This document shows, piece by piece, positions 50,801 to 62,347 of a stretch of DNA of 64,000 nucleotides. This DNA comes from Podarcis tiliguerta. Its lineage: Eukaryota. Location: the NCBI GenBank assembly GCA_965153285.1, contig OZ229110.1. One strand, written 5' to 3'. A program made the translations under genes and the position numbers. Numbering within the stretch: the first letter of the stretch is position 1; each line of letters opens with the position of its first letter. Under the pieces are notes generated by a model. The model was not told where the DNA came from. It saw nothing but the letters and a program-made list of their open reading frames with translations, and did not search any database.

Positions 50801-53800
50801 TTAATATTTGTCATTATAATATGTCTTTACTCAGAAGTATTACAAGTAATCTGAGGTGTTAAAAAGCCATATATTGCTGTTTAATCACAATTATTATTTA
50901 TAACACAGCTCAAAATCATATGTTATATGTGTCAAAAAAAGACTAAACGAAGGAAATACTAAATGAGAACTTGAATCTCTGTGTTGGCTTCAATTTACAC
51001 AACAGATAGTGTGCACCTAGAGAACTATTAACTGTCCAGACAGGTTTGAGAAATATGCTACCACAAGACTTGTAGCTAGAGCTCTCTTTATACTACAGTA
51101 TTTTGATGCTAGTGTGTTTAAGGCAGACACAAGAGAATGCAAAGAAAAAAAGTGTTCTGCATAATATATATTTTGAGAAGTAACATTTTAAAGTTAGAAT
51201 TTTAAAGAAATAGATCTACCACTAAACACATAGGGTGGAAGTCAGTATCATGCTAAATTATTGTACCATCTGGCTGGTCTGGGAGTTTCCAAGCCTCCTG
51301 AGCAGATTGGGAATGGTGGGCCATAGGGATAACTGTTTATGTAACTTTCAATTGTTTATGTCACTTGCAAAGATGTATTTTGAAATATTAGATTCTCTTT
51401 GAGTTTCTAAAATATTGTTCTAGATATGATATTAGAAATTATATGTAATACAGAATATTAGTGAAGAATTTTAAGAATGCATTCATTTCCAATTAATAAG
51501 GGTTTCTGCACACCTGCATCCCTGAGGAATATTTTTAGAAATGTAGTTTCCTGGTAAAGACCGATATGTGATTGAAACATGCCGGACTGCAAGTAGAAAT
51601 TATTCAAGGCATTTTAAATTGCAATATATGGCTCAATCCTCTTCTACCTGTTATGCTGCTCAGATTGCAAAGGAGAACCAGGCTCATATACCTTAAACAG
51701 TCTGGTCAAGATGATTCCTGCTTTGGAAACATCTTGGCTTAATTACTGACTTGCATTACATGTGCCCTTGAAGACAACTTGGAAGCTTCAACTGGTATAG
51801 ATGCAAAATATCGCTGCCCCAGTTCTGGGTAGTATGGCCAGATGGCTATATGTGCGTGTGGCGATCTATTCACCACATTAAATAAGCTGGTATTTACTTT
51901 TAAAGCCCTGCACAGCTTAAGATCTCCAAACCTGAAGGAGCACCCATTCTCACTGCAACCTGTATATGATTAAGGACCCTTTTTGGTACTGGCATGCCCT
52001 CTACGGAGTACTGTTATAGAGACTTAGCCTGGTCCCCACATTGATGGCACCAGGCTGAAATATTGTTCAGCCCAGCATTTAATCTTGCTCATGTTTTAAG
52101 AATGTAGCCTCTCTCTGTTCTGGTTTTTTTGTTGCATTTTATGTCTATCTTGATGGTGCAATGCCCTGAAATTTTTATGAGTGAAGAATGGTATGAAAAG
52201 TTTTAAATAAATATAGCAGCTATACAGAAGAATTTTAGCAGCTGCAGCTGGTCATGGCAGAAGTGGGGAAAAGCTGCACCTGCTAGAACTGCAGCTCCTA
52301 CGCATCTGCTAAAGTTATATGAGCCCTATCTTCCTTTACTTCAACTAGGGTAAGCAGATGAAAGCATCAAGCAGGCTCACTGAAGTTAGCACTGCTGAAC
52401 AGACACTGACAAACACAAGCATATTAACACAAAAATGCAAACGTTGTTAGAATGCATGCAGATTTTACATTGCCACCACCACAGTTAATTCAATTTAAAG
52501 CCAATTCAACAAAAACACTTCTGTATGGTCATTGGTATTCCAAAAACAGAATTAATTTGAATGGAAACCAAATTATTTGCCTGAAGATTTTCTATGGCAT
52601 GAGTCACAGAATGTAGACTTGGTCCATTTGATAAAGTTCTAGAGGGAGCAAGAAGGACCTGGGGTGGATTAGGCACTCTTTCATATTATCCAAACACTGT
52701 ATGATGACAAATCACACAACCAGAATGAAAACGAAGAAAAACCACAAACATTCCTGGCACTTTTATACTAAAAAAATGCACTGAGATTTCTTCAGATCAT
52801 GTTTATGGAGGGCAGGAATTTTGTGCCAACTGCATGACTTGTGTGTCTTCCACTGTCTCCAGTAAGTCATGCCTATAAAGAGGAAAAGCACTGAAACTGG
52901 GTTTCAGGGAGGGGAATTCAATCCCATGGTGGACAAAAAATTCCTTGGATATTCCTTACCAAATCAGTCTGTCTCTTTTTCAGCTAGAAAATGACAACCA
53001 GTGATGTGATTCTCACGATGACTTTGAGGACTAGTGGGCATAAGTGGGATTTATGACTGTTATGTAAACTTCTTAGAAATTCTCTTTTTTGCTTAAGCAG
53101 TCTAGAAATATTGTTAAATAAAACAAATAAAAAGAGACAATACTCAGAGTGGTGTCCCCCCCCCACCCTCCCATCATCACAGTTCCCATCTAAATGACTC
53201 ATTACTACAACTGGATTTTTCTAATCCCTTTTTTTGGGGGGGGGGGGTGAATGATTAGCCAGAAGAGCTGGAAGTTATTTGGGTTGTTCCTATATAGCAG
53301 GCACAATTCCAGGAGAAGATGTCAGAAGCCACATGAAAGAACCAGAGCAGTAAGTAAACATTGCCCTTACATAACTGAGGGGGGGGGCGGAAATGAAGTT
53401 TTTCTTCCTCATCCCTAATTTCTAGGAATTTAATTTCTAGGAATTTGTTGAAAGCATCATGGAAGTCTTCAATATGAACAGTCTTAGTCATAATACATCT
53501 ATAACATACAAATCAATCTCTGTAGTATTGGAAATGCCGCAACAGCTAAACTAGTTTAAAAACAGAAGTGTTGGGCAGAGTTTAAGCAGCCCTACAAGGA
53601 TGAAACAGCCCCACCAAAACTTCTAGCAGGTCATTTTGACAGAGGTTGCCTGTTCTGCACTGTCATTGCTTACCAACCCCTGAAGGCATTTTGCTGCTCA
53701 TGGATCATTTGTTGCAGATTGTTCCTCATCTATTAATAGCCAAGTCTTGCCTTGTTTGGGCTGGCATGCTTTTTGGTCTCTCCAAGGGAAAATTTTGCTT

Positions 53801-56800
53801 GGCTCTGCTTGGTCTTTTTAACTGCACATCTTTAACTGCACGTACACTTGGTTGCATTAAACTTCTGAAGTTAAATACTACACACAAACACACACACACA
53901 CAGAAACTATTTACTTACATTTTGGATGCCAGTGGTGAGGAGGGAAAAAAGCTGTGTTGTATCTTGCATGCAAAATCCGGCCAAAATGTCTACTACTACC
54001 GAAAAGTAAAACAAATTAAAAATAAAAAGCAAAAAGGGAAAAACAAAACAAAGTAAAAAGCCAGATGTCACCCCCTGTCCATATAGAGGATGTTGCAGGG
54101 GGAGTGAGGATGAGAAGCAGGAGGCAGCGCATAGCTTCTGATGGCCTTACTCACTTTAACAGAGACTTTGTTGCCCAGAATATCCTTGGGTTTACGTAGG
54201 CCATTGGCTTCAGTTTTGCCACTGCTTTCCTTTTCTGCCCGCTTTCTCATGCGCAGGGTATGCCATGAACATGACTTCCTGTTGTACCAAAAAATGCACC
54301 AATCAAATGGCGTATCTTAGTAGGAAGAGGAAGGGATGTGGAAAAGCAATCAGCACACATGTTCTTGATACCTGCAGCCCCCCTTAAGAAGGGAGAAGCC
54401 ACTTGCAATATGCCTAGTTGGGTGCAAACATTCAAGTCAGGATTTCAAACTAGTCTAGAACAAATGTTTTGTTTATTCTTGCTAATTGAAAAAAGATATT
54501 TTCTGTAAGTTGGCTGCAGGTCCGCAGATAACAGCATACTTCTAATTCATAACCTGCAAGGCTTGGCAAAGTAAATTCTTCCAGTTAAAGTGAAAATATT
54601 GCAAAATTAGAGAGAAATCAAGTCTTTGTGCATATCTTACAGAGCTACGCAAAGCATTTGTATATTCCATGGTTCGGTGCCAGCTCCCAAACATCAGAAG
54701 TTAGATAATAACCACTTTATTAGATAGAGGAGATAAACATCATAGTACAGCTGAGTCGATAAAACACAGGCACGTTGAAAGAACAGGAACTTCTTTGCTT
54801 AAGTGTAGCAATGCTTGTCTTTCCGCTCTAAGGACAGAAAATGAAGTTTCTATATTCCCATTTTGTGTCCCAATACACATCCTACCTTTGCCACAAAATG
54901 TTTTCTTTAGGATGGGGAAGCAGAAATAGGAAAGTGTATGTATCAAAGCAAATAAGAATACTGACAACTATTTAGTCATTAACTGGATCGCCACTGCATG
55001 TCACTTTATAACAGAGAATCCCCCCTCCGTGGATTTGTAATACATTTTCATGTATACAGCTGAGTGAGAACTCACTTTTCAAAAACAGAAGCAAAACAGC
55101 TAGAACCATGGCTCAGTTGTCTGCTGTATTTGTCTTGGGTTTGTTTGTTTATTTGTATGTATGTATGCTGCAAGTCTAGACTCTGATCCCAGCTATGAAG
55201 ACATAACAACATACCTTACAAGAAAGGGCAGGTCTGCACTTCATAACTGCCACAGGAAAACACTGCTGTAACACCAGTGTTTCCTGCAGCAAATATGTGA
55301 AGGGTGGGCATCCACACATACATCTTTTAAACATTCATGTACATATATCTGGGATTCCCAATTGAGCAAGACGTTCTGGATGTGTGTACACATGTATGAC
55401 AGTCACCTTTTTTACTGTGGTGAAAAATGGTGTGTAGAGCTACTCAAAAAGTTGCATGCAAACTGGGAGATGAATGAACATTTTATGAATTTTCTCACAA
55501 AACAACACTTTGTTCCAATACTGAAATGCTTTTGTGCTTATAGTATTGTTCACCAGATTACTTGGCCGCAGTGTAATATTAAAAAGCAAAAAACCCCCAA
55601 GGCTTAGAGCAAATAAGCCACACCATCACAAGACTAAACTGATTTATATCAAATTGTGGTCAACCGTAGTTTATGAACTGTGTATATGCTAGTGTTACAA
55701 GAGAAGTCTGATAGGCAACATTGTTTGGGAGCATGCAATGGATATCAATATCATCAAACCATGTGATATTGCGCTGTACCTGTCCTGCTCACAACCTCCA
55801 CATGCGTGCTCACTGAACAAGTGGGGGAAATATAGCTTCATATTCAAGTTATTTAGAAGAAGGTGTGAAAGGGGCTCCTAATGACCTGTGATTTCACTCC
55901 TTCACCCAAACATTCAGTGAATGTGTGTACTGCAGGCATGAACTGGGCTTTGGTTTGCAGAGCTTAGGGGCAGATTTCTCCAAGATTATACTTGAGCGTA
56001 ATATCCATAGAAGCATGAAAGGTAAATGGGAAAGAATGGGAACATTATTAAGGAACATAAAACTAGTGAAGTAAGATTGATATAGATTTGCTTTTGTTCT
56101 GAATAAAAGGCCAAACGTTTAATGTTGGAGAGGAGGGAAAGAAAAATTCCCATTTCCCCCTATACATTCAAGTTAGCTTGAAGTAATTTTGAGAACATAA
56201 AAGGCTTTGAAACAAAGTGTACAGAATTCTCGGCATTTGCAGTGATATTCTATAGTAGTGTGAAACCCGTGAGAGAGATACCTAGGACTTCTCTCTCTGT
56301 ACTGTTATGTATTTATGCATATATTGTTCATGTTTTCCCCACCCAGCAAGTCATTGTGCTTTATTTACATTGGTGCAGTGTTTGCTGTATAATTGGTCTT
56401 CCTGTAGCATAGCAGTTTTGTGCATGAAAAGTCATGGTCAAAAACCTAAGTCCCAATCCACATGACAATTCCCCTTGTCATGAAAATAACTGCTCCCACA
56501 TCTCACTGAATTTTGTGAATATGCCCCCTGGGCTGTTCCTAATATGGGAGGTACCCTGAGCAAGGCCAATCACACAAACGCCTGGCAAAACCAGCATGTG
56601 AGTTCCATTAAAAAACTTCTGTTACTCCCCATTTCCTCAGGCCTTGACATCACCTTGCGATCTTTACTGGATGAATGATGGTCAGGACATAGCTCAGTGG
56701 ATAGAGCACGACACTCAGGGTCTCAGGGTTGTGGGTTCAATCCCCACATTGGGCAAAAGATTCCTGTTCTGCAGGGGATTGGACTAAATGACCCTACTAG

Positions 56801-59800
56801 TCCCTCCAACTCTACAATTCTATGATAACTTTGTAAAGACTATAAATTATTAGGCCCAGTGCAGGACATAACCATATTAAGCATTGACAAGAAAGCAGGA
56901 GTTGTGCTGTGAGCTCACATTCTTTCTCCCCCTCTTTGGTGCAAATTCACCTCTTCTCTTGCTGGTTTTCGCCATAGTTGAGCACTACATTAACCATGGT
57001 TAATGCGAAGTAGCTTAGCAAATATTTGCAGTCTTGTTTCAAATCCTGGTTAGAAATCAGACTCATAGCTAAACATGGTTAGCATCTATGCAGATGCAAC
57101 AATAAATCATGGCTAAGGCTAATAAGAAAAAATTCTTTGTGTGGAAATCTTCATGTAGGCTATTCCCTCTCTCTTAAGATATAAAGACTGGCAGCATTGT
57201 GCCTGCACTGAGCCTTAGTCATTTGCTGCAGCATACGTTAAATCTAATGAGTCAACACACCTAATCTTCAGTACTTAAAAGTCCATTGAAGAGCTCCCTT
57301 CAACAACTGTACCCCAAGGAATCTGTGCAAGATAACCAATGCTGAATAAATTTTTGACAACTGAAGATTAAAAAAAATAAAAATCAACTGGTTTTACAAA
57401 AAGGATTGTACCTTCAGTATTTAATATCAAAAACATTTTCTTGCATTATTTAGTCATTTCAAACTGACAAATTTCAAAAAAGGTGAAATAGTATTCACAC
57501 ATTTGTTAAATAAGCAACAAAACATTGTAAGAAAAATAAGAACTTAAAGAGGGTCAAAAACTGGTCCTTTTTAACCTCATCAAAACATGCTCATGGTGAA
57601 AATTTATTTTACATATTTAAAATAGTACATTTAAAATTATTAGTTACATTACAGGTACAATGATGAACATTGCGACTATCCATAATATTGCACAACCTGA
57701 CTTCAAATATGGGTTTCTTTAAATAGTGCAAAATACTTTTTACAGGAATGTACTCCAAAGGGGATTTCTCAAACCAAATTATTTTTACAAAATAATATGT
57801 GAACAGAAAAAAAGAAACTTTCAAAATAAAAAAGTTACAATCTGTACAAGAAATTGCCATTGACAACATTGAATCTCTATTCCTTGAGAAGTGGCCTGAG
57901 AATACAAGGCCTGATGTATGTGGGTGGTGTTTTTCTTTGCTCTATATCATTATAACCTATATATATATATTTATATTTATATTTATATATATTATAAGCA
58001 ATTTAAAACACAAGATAAATACAAGTCCAGTCAAATCAGGTCCATATTTAGGAAAGGATGGGGGGAAACCACGCCCTTTAAACTGTCTATGGATTTCAAT
58101 TCTTTACAAACTATGGGGGCAGAGCGGGGAGAGAACAAAATTCCAACAAAAGCCCAACTATGCCAACATGGGTACCCCATGTTGTGTTACCAAGCAAAGT
58201 TTGTTCCAATGGCACTGTAGATTTTTTAAAAAGGCAGGAAAATCCTAAGATTTGGGTTTTATTTTTCCTCAAAAATCCACATACTGCTCCCAGGGAATCC
58301 AACACAGCACTTACTTTATGCCTCCATCGCTATTATCTGTAGTTGATTTAGTGAGGGGAGCCAATATATTCCCTGGGATCCATCCTTCTGCTGCTGGTGA
58401 ATGGTCATTGGCAGGCTGGTACACAAGGAACATGTTCTGCTGGTTAATGGCAAGTACTTGGACCACCTCACCCTGGTTGACACAGATTTCATTCTCCTTC
58501 AGTGCATAGTAATCTTTGATGACCACCATAGAAGAGGTCCCATTGCACCCACCCAAGTCATTCTGAAGAAGAGACACAGAAAGCAACAGTGACAAGATAG
58601 CTCGGGTGCAATGCTAAGTTTTTTATCAGCATCTCCTGGGCAACACATTTAAGCGTACTAAGAGTTTACAAGACATCTCAGTGTGCACAGCAGTATGTTG
58701 CCTAGGTAACTGCACTGTGTTTCCTTCCATGTGATGCTGTGCGATTGATGGACTACAGATCAGTTGGCGTAAATTCACAAATGCATACTCATTGTCACTA
58801 TAAGCAGTAGCTCTTTTTAATAGCCTGCTTGGCGGGGGGGGGGGGGGAACCTACGCATAAGCTTGGGACACAACTGTTGTCAACTAATTTCATAGGACAT
58901 TTTTGAAAATCGATTATTTTCCTAATTTGGGAGATGGGAGAGCAAAGAAAGAAGATCAGTTAAATAAATGCATCAGGTTACATCGGTTTTGGAAGGCAAA
59001 GTGAAACCCTGGTCACATAATGGAAGTACTGCAGCTAATATAATTAAGGTAAAGAAAAATAAGAAGCAAGAAGAACTTTGTGTGCAAAAGCTCCCTGGTT
59101 CAACTCATCTCCAGGTAGGGCTAGGAGAGAGTTAGGACTGAAACCCTGCTTGTCAGTGTAGACAATACTGAGCTAGGCAGACTAACAGTCTGACTTGGTA
59201 TACCACAGATTCCTATGTTTCACTTACGCCAGTTGTTGCTGAGAAGTCTGCAGGAAGGAATGAAGGCAATTGCACTTTCTTGCTGTTATCTACTCCCTCT
59301 AAACATGGACTTCCCATTCAGCCATCAGTGGGGACCATTCCCCATGAATTTGTCTTAAGATTGTTGTTGTTCTTTAAAGCAATTACAACTAATAGCCACC
59401 AGCCAATGTGGCAGTGATTTCAAGGCTAGAGATGCACTTGTGTTTCTCTCTGTCGAATTTGCTTTCAGTTGTTTTTTTTTTTAAATTGCACCATGCAGAT
59501 TCTTGAGCCCTTTCCTAACATCCAGAACAGGCTTAAGTCTGGATTTTGTGTCTGAAAGCTGAAGATCATTTCCTTCTTGGATCAGCAGTTACCATCTATA
59601 TATTGACTCACGGGTTCAAGTACTCACATCCACTAACCAGAATCAGTAACAGGCCAAATTTGAAATGATGGCATTGCAGTAAAAAAAACAACAACACAAA
59701 GTGAAAATACATACATACCTTGATTAGTTCATATTTGTCCCCAGGCTGGTGCTGCTCATGCCCTGTGCTGCCATTGGAGGTAGATATTTTCAGAGGTGGA

Positions 59801-62289
59801 AGAGATGGGTTACGCATTGTAGCCTTCAAAGGTTTATCCGACCCTACTGGACCTGAGGAATAGGGTCTGGTGATGGGCTGAGGTACCCTGCTGGTCTGGG
59901 GTCTCATTACAGCAGAACTGCTGTTTTCTTTGCGCTGGTACTCTATAGGAGACTGTAGTGCTGGAGTAGAACACTAGGAGTTAGTACAGACCTGCCCATT
60001 TGTGACACCATGTTTGCCTAATGCAAGGGATGCCATGTTTAGCTTGTTTCAAACAAGTAGCCTGGGAAAATACAAACCATTCACCTACATAGCTTGGAAG
60101 CACTGAAAGTTTCTCTTCAGGAAGACTGAGGGAAGCACTTTCACAAGTACTGACTTAACAAGACCGTAAAAACCCAACGGTGCAGATCAGGCTCGCTTGG
60201 AACTCATAGTAATACTCCCCACTTCTAGCCTCTCGATAACAGCAACAGTGAGCAGTGTCTGCTCAGTGATGCCCCTCCTGCTTTCATAATTTGTTGCTCT
60301 GGTGGTTGATACTAAATAGCAGCTAGACCTAAAAGTTTACTAATCTTTATTTTATTTAAGATGAAATTGGTAGAGAAGAGAGGCAAAGGCAGCTTCTGCA
60401 AAATTCTGGCTTGAGAGCAAGAAGAAAATAGTCTCAAAGTCAGGAGCTCTGCATGCCCATCTCTTACTATATGCAAATATAACATGGATGGGGAACCTGT
60501 GGGCTGCTATATTCCCTCTAAGTAGAAGAGGAGTCCATAGTTGAAACTAGACACTGTGTGAAGTAGGACTTCCTCTAATATGTCCTGAATATCACATGAT
60601 TTAGCTTCATTGGGGGGGAAATGTAGCTTGTACCCAAGACTGGCTTGTATACCTAAGGACTGTGAAGTGGCCAATCTTTAAAGTGGGATACAGGAAATGA
60701 CAAGCCAATTAGCCTAACATCTGTTCCAGGTAAATTGGTGGACACCGTTGTGAAAGATGATAGCGTATACAAATGCAGTGCCGCTGAAGAAGAATTAACA
60801 TGGCTTCTGAGAAAGTAGGACTTGTCTTGCTAACCATTTTTAGAGTTCTTCGAGAGTGGCAGTAAGTATCTGGATGGGGTGATCTGGGGGACAATGGTAC
60901 AATCCAACACACCCCATCGTGAACTCCACTGCTAGACTTCCTAAAACAAAAAGATTTTCATCCTAGATTTTAATCCTTAGCACAAAATTTATCTGCCTCC
61001 AGTCATGCTCCATTTAAAAGGAAGGTCAGCGTGCATGACAGCAATCTAGGTAGGAATAAGGTTTTGCCCAGAACAGTCAGAAAGCATTTGGGTTTTCTAT
61101 AATTAAGGACAGATAAAAATTCTTACCATTTAAGAAGTCCCTCTGTGTGTCCAGCACTTGATTGATATCCTCCACCCAAGCTTGCTGGATTTCAGGATTG
61201 GCTGCCTGCAAAATGAGCCTTTCTGACGTTTCCCGACTCATGAGTGCGAATTTGCAGGGATCATTGTCCACATTATCCTCAAGGATTAGGTATGTCATCT
61301 GCAAGCAAACAGAGAAAGCTCAATGCTCATTCAAGGGGGAGCAAGCAACTTCAGGTAAACTATATAGCAGCTAAACTGAAAGATGGCCCTGCCACCACTG
61401 TCCAAATGAAGAGCAGCAACCACAGAAGGTTCACTTCTCCAGAGGAGGAACTCTCTGGAAGTAACATCCTATAGAGAATACTTGGCTCTCAGCTTTGTCC
61501 TTCAGCTTCTGTGCTAAGCATCTTCATGAATAGTTCAATTATCTCTGAGTTACTGGCTTTCTTTAATGGTTAGCAATGCTAATAATTATGGGTGGGAGGA
61601 AGAAAATTGCTCTACATGAGATGCCCTCCAAAACAGAAAATGCTTTCTGTCATATTGTCAAATAAACACAAGCATCAACAGAAGAGCCTCTAAGAAGGAA
61701 AGTATAATGCTATTTGCCCAGGCATACCATGCAAGTGTATGAAGGTTTATCATCTGCTGACTGAAGTTTTTTGCTGAACATTTAGAGCAGGGGTTGGGAA
61801 TATTTTTCAGTCCTGAAGGTCTCTTTCCTTCATGGGCAACCTTCTATGGGTCGGATGCCAGTAGGGCACAGATGAAAGTGGGTGGGGCAACGGATGCAAC
61901 TTCTACCTTTGTACAGTAGGCTATATTTGAGCCATGTAGAATTCAGAAGCAAGCAAGCACACACACACACACACACACAACACCCACCCATCCATCAAGG
62001 CAAGCAAGAGGTGTTTTTGTAGGTCAACAACACATTTCATCCAGGCAAAAGCAGTGAAGGAGACTGCTGAGGCTGTCTGTGAGAGGGTGTAGCTCAGGGA
62101 TGGGGTATGGCCAAGTGAGAGTACTGAGGGGCCAAGGGGCATTTGGTCCCTAGGCCTAAGGTTCTCCAATGCTGGTTTAGATAGTTCAGCTCTAATTAGA
62201 TGTGATGTTATTTTGATGCTCATTATCCTAACCCTATGCTATCCTAGCTGTTTTATTTAATCACTCAGTCTGCACACACACACATCACA

Positions 62290-62347
<58 letters not shown>

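Noticed and set aside
41426-53446. Several 15-20 bp two-copy tandem micro-duplications (41426, 47870, 51331, 53416)
   Set aside because: Ordinary replication-slippage products away from splice sites.
1062-58848. Scattered poly-C and poly-G runs of 10-15 nt
   Set aside because: Irregular homopolymers with no spacing pattern; lengths may also be unreliable in assemblies.
59608-59718. Hydrophobic read-through tail after the 242-nt KALRN exon
   Set aside because: Explained by T-rich intron sequence after a good gtatgt donor; no independent sign of a terminal exon.
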